Of a stretch of DNA of 64,000 nt, positions 21,396 to 33,029 are shown one piece after another (positions within the stretch are counted from its first letter, which is position 1; the number at the start of each line of letters is the position of its first letter). The DNA is from Macrostomum lignano. Lineage: Eukaryota. The translations under genes were made by a program, and so were the position numbers. Under the pieces are notes generated by a model that saw only the letters and a list, made by a program, of their open reading frames with translations, made no database searches and was not told the DNA's origin. The stretch covers positions 1 through 64,000 of the forward strand of contig NIVC01002137.1 of assembly GCA_002269645.1 (NCBI GenBank), written 5' to 3'.

Positions 21396-21983
21396 ATGAC
21401 CGCTGACAAAGTTGTCCTGCTATTGCAGTTGTCTATCCTCTACGGCCTGCTGGTGCCGCTCGCCAGCTCCTCGCCGGGATCCGGCCGGATCTTCGACAGC
21501 GTCAACTCGAGCTTCGCCGAGTTCGCTTGTCCTCGCGAGTTCGCCGTCTTGTCGCTCGGCTGGTCGCCGAGTCGCCGTCGAAGCGGCGTCGATTTCCTGG
21601 TCGAGAAGCGGTCGCTAAGCAACCAGACGAAGGAGCTGGAGCTGTCGCAGCTGCTCTCGGAGCTGCAGCAGGTCATCGTTCGGCACAAGCTGAGCTTCAA
21701 CGTCTCCGAAACGAATCGCCGACTGCCGACCTCGCTGTTCGAAGCGAGCGACGCCAAGCCGAGGCTTTGCGCTCCGACCTACGAGCTGGACGCCGGAGGC
21801 GTGACGCGGCCGAGGCTGCCGACCTTCCTGCTGGGCGTGTCGTGTCCGCACAGCTGCAGGGAGGTCCGACGAGACGTGCGAATCTACAAGCTGCTGTGCG
21901 ACTCCGAGCAGCCCGTGTACTACAGCTCGGCTGTGAGCATCGCGGTGGACTGCGCACCCGAGGCTGACAATGCGTGGCTGTGA
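21396..21983 (+). CDS. Intronless secreted protein, 195 aa, IL-17/noggin/trunk-like cystine-knot candidate (copy 1)
   Basis: It has a hydrophobic signal peptide, six Cys, N-glycosylation sequons (NSS, NQT, NVS), basic sites (RRRS, EKR) and strong GC codon bias. The C-terminal pattern is C-x-PTY...PTFLLGVSC-xxx-C..V...V.IYKLLC...V.IAVDC. The CDS is solid; the family label is tentative. Confidence 0.8.
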   Translation: MTADKVVLLLQLSILYGLLVPLASSSPGSGRIFDSVNSSFAEFACPREFAVLSLGWSPSRRRSGVDFLVEKRSLSNQTKELELSQLLSELQQVIVRHKLSFNVSETNRRLPTSLFEASDAKPRLCAPTYELDAGGVTRPRLPTFLLGVSCPHSCREVRRDVRIYKLLCDSEQPVYYSSAVSIAVDCAPEADNAWL

Positions 21984-23313
21984 TTCAAAAGCAACGCTTT
22001 CAAACATAGGTCGCATGATTTGTATAGTTTCTAGCAGTAGTATAGTTTGCTACTGCTATGAGATCAGGGTCTACATTTTGCTGCTTTCTTATACTTCCTT
22101 GGTACATGCATCAGCGCCTTAGTGATACTAGAATGCAATGCAAATATTTATTAGAATAATAGCATTTTTCTAATTTTGATTCGAGAATGCCCAAGTAATT
22201 TACTCAAGTCAAAGTAAAATGTTAACTTCTTGATTTGTTTTGAAATTGATTTTATTGTGCTTCAGATAAATAAAAGGCAAAAACGTGTAAAATTATCTAT
22301 AGTTTACTTATTCGTTCAGCTATTTTTGGTAGTATAAACAAGAAAATTTGCAACAGTAACAAAATAAGAATGTCTTTAAATTTTGGTTAAAAAATCATCC
22401 AGCAGGTGGCAAACCTTTAATTGTTTTAATCTACTCACCCGGGTAAACGTCGACCGTGAAGAAGGACTTTCAGAATTTGAAGCAGACAGAATCAAAGAGT
22501 GCATTTACGTGTTTAGAAATTCCACTTGGAGTTACGTAATATGTACACTTTATCCACAATAAGATGAAATTTTTCTACCGGTATTACCAATGCTAGTACT
22601 GTATTGAGCCCAGTATGGAGCAAAAAGCATTGCAGCTTTGCTGGATATGCACAAACTTTGTCTATTTGTTAATCTTAACCAACTTACTTAATAGCGACAC
22701 CTGTCCAACCCCACTTGGCAGCTTTTCTTTCTGAGGCAAACCCGATTAATCGCCTTGACCTTTTATTAGCTGGCAAAAAGTTCTTATCATTTGTTTAAAT
22801 TTGAGGTAATTCCTCGCAGACCATTGGTTGGGTTTAGTCTGGCAGATGCAGCAGTTCGACGCCAAGCTGCATCAAGTGCAATAGGCCAGTTGGCAAAGTT
22901 ACCAAAGAGAGACAGCACTTATACCCAAGTGAAACAGTTGCCTACTGACTGAAACTTGTGAAAGCTGGCGCGTTGGGCTTTTGGTCTAATTGGCAAAGTT
23001 TAATTTTGTAAATTAAATTAATAGCACTCAGAAATGCGAGGCGCTGAATCCAGAGTCAACACCATGGTACCCGTTCGTGTATTAAAAGGAATGAAGAAAG
23101 AGATGTCATGGCTGTTTTAACTCAAACTCCGTGTGCAAGCAACAAATAGTTAAAGTGTTCTTTCTCGAATTCAATGCTCAAATTAGTTGGTTATTCTAGC
23201 CTTCATGTGGCACACCATACTATCAGTCACTCCTCACTTACTGTTGCTGGTTGTTAAGAACTTTTGTCATTTTACGCTCAAAAAGAAATTTAATGAATAT
23301 TTATGCAGATTAT

Positions 23314-23590
23314 GGGAGTAGCAACCTAGTGGTCACAGCGTCGGACTCAAAACTTGAAGGTCGGGGGTTCGATCTTTGATCCCATTGGAACAGTTTGTGT
23401 CCTAATAAGCAAGACACTTAACTCTGCATTGCTTCAGTTCACCCAGCTGTAAAATGGGTGGTAATTGAGGGTGTGTGTGGCGACCCCCCAGTCCTTGGAC
23501 TGAACAGCCGTACGCAGCCTTCAGATGCGCCGCGCAATAGCTGCGGCTGAGCTGTCGGTTGCACATCTGCCCAAAGGATAGACTGGATAG
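23314..23590 (+). mobile_element. tRNA-derived SINE with CORE-like domain (family A, copy 1)
   Basis: A-box TAGCAACCTAGTGG and B-box GGTTCGATC are followed by GCAAGACACTTAAC..TTCAGTTCACCCAGCTGTAAAATGGG, which resembles the MIR/CORE consensus. A close copy lies at 34937. Confidence 0.75.
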
Positions 23591-24271
23591 TTATTATCAA
23601 AATTGAAGTCAACTTGAGAGGGTAGACCCACAATGTTCGATAAATTCGAAAATTACTATCAGCGGTTTCCTACTATTAGTAGCTGCTTAAATCGATAATT
23701 TTTTCTTAACAAAAAAGACAAAAAAGGCAATCTTTCAATAACAGCATGGCAGGACTATATCTGATTCCTGATCCATAAAGCGCTTTGTTGCAATTGGGAC
23801 ACTTCATTTTATCGATATTTTCTATCCAAATATTGACCTTTCTGCGTTTATAACTCAATTTGACAGCGTTGCTATGTGTATTATTAATAAGATTGTCTCC
23901 GTCTATTTAAAACTGTCTGCGACCTCCCTAAACGCTATGACTCGTTTCAGACTGGCATCTGCACTGCCAAATCCACACGCTAGAGCCAATTTTAAATCCA
24001 GAAAATTCAAAAAAGTCGAATTCAGCCAATGACAAGCTAGATTCATTTCTAAATATAGTCAGCAGAATTTCTGCAGGTGCCAGTAATGTGAATTACCCCA
24101 TCCGCGTAGGGGGGCAGCAGGGGTTACCCTGCGAATTGCAATGATCCATCTAATGGCTAAATTAGGGACTTCTTTGAGGTAAAAATAGATTTTGCGAGAA
24201 TTGACCAATGCTGACTCATAGATGAAGCCGGTGATGCTGTGATAAATCCCGCGGGAAATGTAGGCTGGCTG

Positions 24272-24278
24272 TATAAAA
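24272..24278 (+). promoter_or_regulatory. TATA box of secreted gene 2
   Basis: TATAAAA lies about 80 nt upstream of ATG 24357. Confidence 0.5.
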
Positions 24279-24356
24279 CTGACCAGACTCCGCCGCAGGT
24301 ATTAGCAAGGTTGACAACGGTCTGTAGAGTTGATAGAAGCGGGAGACACAATAGTC

Positions 24357-24932
24357 ATGTTGCACCGCTTGCAGTACATGTATGTAGCCCTGCTGATGGC
24401 AAGCTTGGTACTCCACAGTCAGCAGCTGTCAAGTAGCGGTCGAGTATTTGAGGAGGCAAGTGGCAGCCGCGTCGAGTCCCTGTGCAACCTGACTGGCGGC
24501 GTGCCCGACGGCCCGTTTCTGATCGAGCTGAAACGACCGCAGGTGAACCAGACCACTCTGGAGGCGTACGACCTGCTCGCCGAGCTGAGGAGAACTCTGG
24601 CCAAAAACTGGGTCGATTTCAATCAAACTGAGACGAACCCGATAAATTTCACAAAGATTTCAATCGCGAGCAAAGCAACAAACCGAGCCTGCCCGCCAAC
24701 ATACAGATTTATCAGGTATTCGTCGAGCTACTCGGTCCCAACCTACCTGCTGAATGTCACCTGCTCTGGCGACTGCATTCCGGTAATGCGCTCCGTGCCG
24801 GTGTACAAACTGATCTGCGAGAATCCGGACACTGATGATAAGGCAAGCTGGAGTGTCGCTTACGCCTCCAAGCTCGTCGGCGTTGGAGTGCACTGCGCTC
24901 CGAAGGATCGCGTTACCGAATTTTTCGGATAA
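24357..24932 (+). CDS. Intronless secreted protein, 191 aa, diverged paralogue of copy 1 (copy 2)
   Basis: The first ATG is at 24357 (the track ORF starts at a TTG). It has a signal peptide and aligns to copy 1 in blocks: SGRVF/SGRIF, FLIELKR..NQT/FLVEKR..NQT, DLLAEL/QLLSEL, FNQTETN/FNVSETN, RACPPTY/RLCAPTY, PTYLLNVTC/PTFLLGVSC, VYKLIC/IYKLLC, VHCAP/VDCAP. All six Cys are conserved. Confidence 0.82.
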   Translation: MLHRLQYMYVALLMASLVLHSQQLSSSGRVFEEASGSRVESLCNLTGGVPDGPFLIELKRPQVNQTTLEAYDLLAELRRTLAKNWVDFNQTETNPINFTKISIASKATNRACPPTYRFIRYSSSYSVPTYLLNVTCSGDCIPVMRSVPVYKLICENPDTDDKASWSVAYASKLVGVGVHCAPKDRVTEFFG

Positions 24933-25856
24933 CGCACTTAACGGACTTCTTGCAGCTGAAATATTTTGTTTTATTTTATACGCCACCATCTAATCTTGCG
25001 TAATCTAGGAGTAGTACTTAGTTTTATTATTTTAACCACTTCTTGCATGAATTTAATCAATACCTGTACAGGCTCGAATGTTTGGTAATGCTGACATACA
25101 AACTGTACCATTAATTCCGCGAACTTCCTTGAACCGAATTGTGGCAGCAAGAAACTTGAAGCTCAAAACTTTTTGCTAATGTTTTATATAACGACTCGTA
25201 TTTGGATTTCTTTGAAATGCATCGCCCATTTTAAATAGCTCTGCTCAATAAAAGAGCTCAACAAAAAAGGAAAAGTTTTTTTATTTTTTTGTGTTTCCAG
25301 CGACAAAGGACAAGCGACAAAACACGAATTTGGCACAAAATGACAGACAACGACGGGGTTTAAACACTCACCCCGCCACCCTGGCACTGCACAAACCAGT
25401 TCATTAATTTTCCCGTAGGAACTAAGGCGTAGATAATGTATATAGATCTATACTTCTGAATTGGCAATAAAACAAGGAAGTGTCTTAAGAACCAAGCATC
25501 TGAGGTGAAATTGTGTACGCAAAGAGCAAAACAAAGGGCGCCATTATATTTCAAGATTAAATAAGGAACTTTTCAAAGCTATAATTAGCAATTGGAAGCA
25601 CACCGGAATTCTTTTCTGCTTCCATCGGACAGCGAAATGCTTTAGGCGCAGCTGTCAGTCAGTAGCGTCCAATCGCTGAAACTTTTGGCTAAAAATTTAG
25701 CGCAGTAAATGTTCAAAAATAGCAACTGAATGGGGGCGGGGGCGTCAGCTCAGTCCTATGATGCGGTCGAAAATATATATTGTTAGAATCGGGTAGTTTA
25801 TTAATTAGGGCACAGCCCAGACAGACAAAACCCGTGGTGGGAACCAGCCAGGGCAC

Positions 25857-25864
25857 TATAAATA
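25857..25864 (+). promoter_or_regulatory. TATA box of secreted gene 3
   Basis: TATAAATA lies about 70 nt upstream of ATG 25933. Confidence 0.5.
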
Positions 25865-25932
25865 CGCACAGCAGACTAATCTTTAATAGAATTTGTGCAA
25901 CCTTCCTCGCGATAGTTCTTTGTGCCCAAAAA

Positions 25933-26506
25933 ATGACTTCAGCGGCGACTTTAATACTTTTTATATGCGGCCTGCTGGTGCCGCTCGCCAGCTCCTCGCC
26001 GGATCCGGCCGGATCTTCGACAGCGTCAACTCGAGCTTCGCCGAGTTCGCTTGTCCTCGCGAGTTCGCCGTCTTGTCGCTCGGCTGGTCGCCGAGTCGCC
26101 GTCGAAGCGGCGTCGATTTCCTGTCGAGAAGCGGTCGCTAAGCAACCAGACGAAGGAGCTGGAGCTGTCGCAGCTGCTCTCGGAGCTGCAGCAGGTCATC
26201 GTTCGGCACAAGCTGAGCTTCAACGTCTCCGAGACGAATCGCCGACTGCCGACCTCGCTGTTCGAAGCGAGCGACGCCAAGCCGAGGCTTTGCGCTCCGA
26301 CCTACGAGCTGGACGCCGGAGGCGTGACGCGGCCGAGGCTGCCGACCTTCCTGCTGGGCGTGTCGTGTCCGCACAGCTGCAGGGAGGTCCGACGAGACGT
26401 GCGAATCTACAAGCTGCTGTGCGACTCCGAGCAGCCCGTGTACTACAGCTCGGCTGTGAGCGTCGCGGTGGACTGCGCACCCGAGGCTGACAGTGCGTGG
26501 CTGTGA
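25933..26506 (+). pseudogene. Third copy, near-identical to copy 1, with two 1-bp deletions (pseudogene or assembly error)
   Basis: 25968-26506 matches 21443-21983 except for a missing G in GGG (~26001), a missing G in GG (~26123) and three substitutions. It has its own ATG, signal-peptide start (MTSAATLILFICGLLVPLASS) and TATA box. Confidence 0.65.
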
Positions 26507-28996
26507 CGTGCAAATTTTTCTTGGATAAAACATTTTGTATAGTTTTGATCTTTGCTGATATTTTTTCTTCAAATTTTGGCGCTGGCTTGCCGTGCATTTG
26601 CATGTTTTTGTCTTTTATTGTTGTATATGCGCTTCGGAATGCGCGTCTCAAAGGGCGATTCGAACCCGGGGTGGGCTACGACCTGCATGGTCCCGAGCAA
26701 CTTCTCATGGCTGGTCTGTTGAGCTACTAACTTGTAATTATCGCACACGTTTAAATTTCATTGTAAATACTCGTATCAAAGTTCATCGTCTTTGAGCACG
26801 CTCAAATATTCACTTCAAATTGTTGTCTCTACTCGTTTGCAAGCAATTTTTACGTACCTGCGTTTGAAATATAATCTGACGAATGCACAGCTGCCTGTGA
26901 TTGCGACTCTAGCGCGATGGTGTCTGGGATTCCTTTTTCTTACCTGCTTTAGTTGCCGTTCATCATAGATTTCTTATTCTAAAACTTTGCGCTAGAAGCT
27001 GCGAGTTTTGCTTTTAGAAGACAATCTGGACTTGTGCCAAGAAACAGTTAGATAAGTAAGGAGCAGTTCTATTCCATATTTAGCTAGTGGGGCAGCAGGG
27101 CGCGCACGCCGATCAGGGGGGGGGGGTGTTGAATGAAATAAACACCGGCTCGCCCGCAGTGAAAAGCGCGACCCCCATGCTAAATTCACTTTATAAGTAC
27201 CTATCTTATTGGTTTTGTTTTATTAATCGTAAAAATTTGAACGCAAATTTGAATCTCGGGAACAGGAAGCTTTGAAAAAGCGGAACAGTACCGGATGACA
27301 TTATCATATTGCTAGCTATTAATTACTCACCGTTCTGACTCTTGTGCTGCATCAACCTCGGTTTCTGCGTTTAATATATAATTTTTCTTATTCCTGTGGC
27401 GAAATTGCGTTGTTGTTGATGGTTGCTTTGATTAAAGGTATGCTTTATATTGCAATCCGCCTGATCCGCCCTGATCCGTTACCTCGCGGTTGAGTGACCG
27501 AATTGGGCGATATGAAATATGAAATCCTTTTCTGTTTTGGCTTTGATGATTTTTGCTAATAATGACAATAATGATAGCATCGAGGGCATGCTACACAGTT
27601 CTATCGGAGCCTAGCTGTAGACATTGAAAGACAGCAATATTCATGTGTGAAACATGCAGCTTGATACTTGATAGGTGGGTGGGGCATACGTACCGTAGTG
27701 AAATAAAATTTAAGTTGAATTTCGTAAATTTTGACCGGCCATGTTATTAGTAGTACGATAGTAGTATGCTTCGTTTAGTTAAATCAATGCCTCAAAAGTA
27801 CTCTAGAAACAGTTTAATAGATTAAATTTTAATGTATTGTATTTTACCGGGCCATGCGTTTAAATGCATGGCCCGTGAAAAATGCACGTGAATAATGCAT
27901 GCGCTTGCGAGCGTGTGGCTGGCGGCGCTTGTAAAAGCTAGTGTTGATGTTTTAGTTTTTAGCAAAACTACGAAAGTACTACAATAAAAATGTCGAGAGA
28001 AATTATCCACATAGCTGCATTCACAGTTGGTGGCATTTTTTAATTTAGCCACCACGAACTACTTTTAAGTGTAAAGTACGGAACTGTTCTTCAGCCAGAT
28101 TTAAGTCTCAACCACAAAGCCGCTGGAAAGTTTAAACTTTTTTGGTCGTTAAGAATTGGGACAGGAGATTCGCCCACTCCCTCTTTTGCATGCAATTATA
28201 CTGACTGCGTCCTACTCTGCTTTAGCAGACTTAGAACAGCTTTAGACTGTTGCATTAACTTTGCCACTCCACAACCTGCTGGTCTGGGAAGGAGACTCAG
28301 CTATAGCCTCGCTCCTCTCCCTCATCTCTCAGTATCCAGTCAGACGGGGTGTTCTTCTAATCGATTTTCTGACCAAGCCAAGCGCGGCTTTAGGGTGTAG
28401 AGAAAAGAAAGATTGCACACCAGCTTTAGTGCCCAGTCTCTGACAGCAGATGCGGGGGGGGATGAAGCTGGATGGTGCGGCGGCATGCAGCGCTTTAGTC
28501 GAATTTATATAATTCAGTACTTCCCGCGGAGAGAGGCAGGCAGACTGCAGAGTCAGCTGAGAAATTTGAAACTTTTTCTCGACACTTTGAAGAGGAAGAG
28601 CCAGCTTTCAGAAAGTTGCAGTATATATACACATATGTACCAATGCTGAATCTTAGTAGATCCCCTAGCCAGAGGTTTAACGCCCGCGCTGCTTGATTTA
28701 TCTGCCGGGTGAAGCCGACAAATAAAGGCAGGCATCTTCGGCTAGTTCTCATCGAGAACTTAGTGGCTTATGCAAACCGTTGGGGTGATCTATGCCATGC
28801 CTTGCTCAGCGGCAGAAGTGCAACCCCTTGCATTGGCTCGTGTAGTTGCTGGGAGGAGCGTGATGTTGGAGTTATTTTTTTCGACGAATTTAATTGCGTA
28901 TTTAAATATCGCTAAACTCGGTATGCCTCCTGTAAATTAACCCAAGAACTGATGATGTCACAGACACCCATCGGATGTCTCAGACACCAATTTAAA

Positions 28997-29270
28997 GTCA
29001 CAGACACCAAGCTGACGTCACAGACACCAAGCTGACGTCACAGACACCAAGCTGACGTCACAGACACCAAGCTGACGTCACAGACACCAAGCTGACGTCA
29101 CAGACACCAAGCTGACGTCACAGACACCAAGCTGACGTCACAGACACCAAGCTGACGTCACAGACACCAAGCTGACGTCACAGACACCAAGCTGACGTCA
29201 CAGACACCAAGCTGACGTCACAGACACCAAGCTGACGTCACAGACACCAAGCTGACGTCACAGACACCCA
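28997..29270. repeat. Perfect 20-bp tandem repeat (GTCACAGACACCAAGCTGAC) containing 13 TGACGTCA palindromes
   Basis: Thirteen TGACGTCA sites at a 20-bp period from 29013 to 29260. Confidence 0.95.
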
Positions 29271-30420
29271 TCTGATTTCATAGTCACCAATCGAACTTTA
29301 TTGAACTTGTATTATAAACTACGCCGTTCATGCGTCATTATACGGATTGGTGATCGCCAAAATACTGAGGGCGGTATTTAATTATCCAATCGGAAATTGG
29401 TTAAGCCACAATAATTCTGAGTCCACTGAATTAATTTCCGCGCTATAGTCAGTCGAGACCTTTAGCTGATAGATAAAATAAAACGACAAAGGGGACACTG
29501 AATAGAATTAAAATTAATTGTTGGTTTTTCTACTGCAACCGTGGATTCGACCTCTATCTTGCTTGTTCCGATAAGCTTCAGTCAAAGACAGAAAATGTGG
29601 ATAAGTAGAGACGCTAAAGGTGGGACTTTCGCCTTAAAAGACGACGGCCTCAAGATCGTAGCCGGCCTTCATCGTTAAATTTTAGCGTTCACCTTCATAG
29701 TATCTCGAATCTTTATCCGAAATTAGTAATTACGTCGTATATGTAATTACTCAGTTGCATTGAAGGGTGAGGTTGCCTCTATATCTGTCATCTCTGTAAC
29801 GCTTGACTGAATTTCCAATTAGCATGCGATGCACGGGCTTATGGAAACTGCTCCAGAGCGAGAAAATAGGACATTTGAGAATCGCTAGCATTAGAGAAGA
29901 GAGTGGAGAGACCGACCGGTAGGCAGAAACTACCGCTGTTAGCTTGAGGTTGGCTGCCTGCGAGTTGAGACAAAAGACAGGATTTTTGCCAATAAAACGG
30001 AAAGCGTCAAGTACAAAAGCAACAGAAGCACCTAGTACGGACACTTGGGCGCCCGCGGAGACTCGGCTTGTCTCTCTTGGACCCACCCTGATTCTCCCCG
30101 TTTTCCATATCCTCCGTTAGGGGACTGTGGGAATGAGGGAGCTCCCTCCATGTTCTCCGCCAATAGGGACTTGCTTTGAGTTTACAGAGAGGGAGGCACA
30201 ATATTGGATAGAGAGGAGGGGCTGAGGCGTTGTCAGGCCAGACCGATGGGTGGTAGAACAACGGGACGACTTCAGGGCAATGTTTAGTTAATGAAGCCGT
30301 CACACTCTCAGGTCTTCGGTCCAAGCTGATAACTACTTGTAGGGCTAGTCAAACAGCCTTGGCGCAGTCTTTTAACAATCTAAAACCTCGACACACCGAT
30401 TCACCCCACCGTTAGTCGCG

Positions 30421-31749
30421 ATGTATGACAGAGTTGGAGCCTGTCGTCAGCGGCCAGAAGACAACACTTCGGAGATCGCTGAGTGGGTAATTCGTCTCTT
30501 AGGCGCCGTCATCATTGTTGGCGGCGTGCCCTGCAACCTGGCGGCGGCCTACATCCAAGGCACGGAGAGGTCCAACCGAGTCACCACTCGCTTCCTGATG
30601 GTCTGCCTTGCGCTGAGTGACAGCGGAGTCCTCCTCCTAGCGGTGGTGCGCTACTGGATCCGGGAGACGTTTAACATTGATTTGCGCGATCTGCACCCTT
30701 TTATCTGCCGCTTCCACCAGCCAGTAGTGGCCACGGTCAGCGACGTCGCTGTGTACACCCTGTGCGCCATCGGAGTTGAGCGCTTCGTCGTGGTTGCGTT
30801 CCCGTACCGGGTGCAGCAGATTCTGACTACTCGCAACTTTAGCCTGTCGTTCGGCGCGATGGTGCTGGCGCTGCTGGTTAAAAATATGCCGCTGTCATTC
30901 TTTCTGCACACCAGCAAATGCTACCGGCTGCTCAACTCCAGCCTGACAGAACAGAACGAGACAGACCTGGCCGAGATGGAAGCTGGCATTGACTACCAGC
31001 TGGTGGACAAGTGCGACTACAATCAGGACTTTGCGAAGTTCTTCATCAACCTGGACATGGTCACCTACCTGATTCTGCCCTACACTATTCTGCTGTTTTG
31101 CAACATCTACATCTATACCGCCATGCGACGTCAGAGCGCTGCAATGCGTCGCCATGCTCAGCCGACTGCCACAAACCAGCGGGCCGATAAGGGCAAAGCG
31201 GCTGACCAGGAGGTTCTCAACCCGAAGCGTCAGGGCGCATCGGCTGGAAACGCAGCCAGCAACGTTGAGAAGAAACGAGAGGCTGCTCGTCGCAAGCCGG
31301 AGAGTATCATGAAGATCCTGGCTGTGCTCACCGTGATCCACATTATCACCACCTTGCCAGCTTCCATTGCTCAGAAGCTGAAAGTCTACGGCGATAAAAA
31401 CTCGATCAGCGGTGCCACAAACAATGCTCTCAAGACGCTTATGTTCGCCAACAATGCCACCAACTTTCTGGCTTATTTTATCTCCTCAACTGCGTTCAGA
31501 CGCCGCGTGATGAACGCTTGTCCGTGGCGCAGGTCGTCCAACGGTTCAAGCGTCAACGGCGATGGCAAGAAAGCCCGAAGACGTCAGCAGGGGAGTCCCG
31601 AGGCGGAGCAGTCAGCAGAGCTGCCGATGCTGCGGATGACAACAACAGCTGCAAAGGCTGCGCCGTCGACTGAGGTGGCCGACCGGGACAGCCGCGAGGT
31701 AGTGGCCGCGCTGATCTCGGCTGAAGTGCCAGCCATGGAAGATGACTGA
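30421..31749 (+). CDS. Intronless orphan rhodopsin-class GPCR (FMRFamide-receptor-like group), 442 aa
   Basis: It has seven hydrophobic segments, TM2 CLALSD, TM3 AIGVERFVVVAFP, an ECL1-TM3 Cys and TM7 NNATNFLAYFISSTAFRR. There is an N-terminal NTS sequon and an in-frame stop upstream at 30373. Confidence 0.88.
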   Translation: MYDRVGACRQRPEDNTSEIAEWVIRLLGAVIIVGGVPCNLAAAYIQGTERSNRVTTRFLMVCLALSDSGVLLLAVVRYWIRETFNIDLRDLHPFICRFHQPVVATVSDVAVYTLCAIGVERFVVVAFPYRVQQILTTRNFSLSFGAMVLALLVKNMPLSFFLHTSKCYRLLNSSLTEQNETDLAEMEAGIDYQLVDKCDYNQDFAKFFINLDMVTYLILPYTILLFCNIYIYTAMRRQSAAMRRHAQPTATNQRADKGKAADQEVLNPKRQGASAGNAASNVEKKREAARRKPESIMKILAVLTVIHIITTLPASIAQKLKVYGDKNSISGATNNALKTLMFANNATNFLAYFISSTAFRRRVMNACPWRRSSNGSSVNGDGKKARRRQQGSPEAEQSAELPMLRMTTTAAKAAPSTEVADRDSREVVAALISAEVPAMEDD

Positions 31750-33029
31750 AAAAACAAGCAGCAACACGAGGTTCAGGAAAACTCTGAAACGCTTGTGATC
31801 TGTGTCGTACCGTCTTATAGTGATGTGCGCGTCTGTTAGTTTTACAGAACTCTCTGGACCTTTGCAGTTCGATGATGCGTCATTTTCTGTGCTTAGTATA
31901 GCTGTTATTTATAGTATTAAAATCGGAACTTGCATAAAGTCCTCCTGTCACGGCGGTTAACTCAAACGAGTTTGACCGAAAGAACTCTACCGTGGACTGC
32001 CTACGTTGGCAACCAAAATGATAGTATGATTCCACACTAGTGGCGTCATTCTACTTAAGTAATCCCTCATGAGCTCTTTGAGTTTAAATCAGTTTGCTTG
32101 TTGTATTTGTTTGTCCTTGTCCTGAACTAATTTTGTCGCATTAATGTCTCCACGCTGTTTTGTGCTTTCCGTCTGTCACAGTGAATTGTTCTTCACGTTT
32201 GCGTCAGGCGGCATATTGTGAAATAAAATTGTGTATTTTTTGCTGTTTAATAACCGTAAAAAAGCCACCAGTATCTAGTAGTGAATAGCGATCTTGCTTC
32301 ATACCTGGTTCAGGTGTCCGAAATCGGAAAAAAATTACTCAAACTCTGAAGACGATTGTCATGACTCTGTCGCTTCATAAATGCGGCAAGGAAGAACTAA
32401 AGACAGCCCATATCTGACGTGCACGCAAGCGTGTTTTTCTTCTCCTTGCACGAAGTTAAACTTTATTCCATAAGGGATCATATATCCCCATAGGCTGCAA
32501 CGGGTTATGACTGACTTTCCCGTGCAGCGCTTCAGCCAAAGTTCAAACTTGAGGGTCCAGTCGCGTGACAGCACATAAGGGTGACGCTGCCAACTTGCTT
32601 GCTGGTAAAATGTAGCACTTCTTTTGATAGTTACAATTGGAACAGCTATAGCGAATCATCACCTTCTGGCAAGCTAAACCTGTTGCAACAATTGTACCTG
32701 TTTCGTGGAAAGACTTTCGAATATAAAAAGCTGCTCAGCTTGGAAATAACAGTGTACTCTACCAGCCCAGTTTGGGGCGTCGTTGTAGTTGCCATGAAAT
32801 GACAGCTTCAGGATATTGGAAAGCAAACAAAGATGGCTATACAGCTATTGTCAGGGACGAAGACTCGCTATGCATCGGCAAACACAGGAGGAGAGAGAGA
32901 AAAACTGTGCTATTGGAAGAAGCTGCCGCGCGAGCAGTTATGTATGCAGAGTTTTCCGCTTCTGGGGGGAGGGACTTAAGCTAGTCACTTTCGATTAGTA
33001 ACCCGAGGACGGCTTAAGACAAGTATTGT

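Noticed and set aside
25780-26490. 236-aa ORF suggesting a novel chimeric protein
   Set aside because: It starts at a TTG and results from the two 1-bp deletions in copy 3 shifting into alternative frames.
26650-26735. Minus-strand B-box-like GGGTTCGAATC suggesting a tRNA or SINE head
   Set aside because: There is no convincing A-box, cloverleaf or second copy in the window.
28997-29270. CRISPR-like regular repeat
   Set aside because: The units are contiguous with no unique spacers, there are no cas genes, and the context is eukaryotic.
29751-30324. Two minus-strand ORFs (111 and 105 aa) upstream of the orphan GPCR
   Set aside because: They have no recognisable motif or splice support and lack the codon bias of the real exons.
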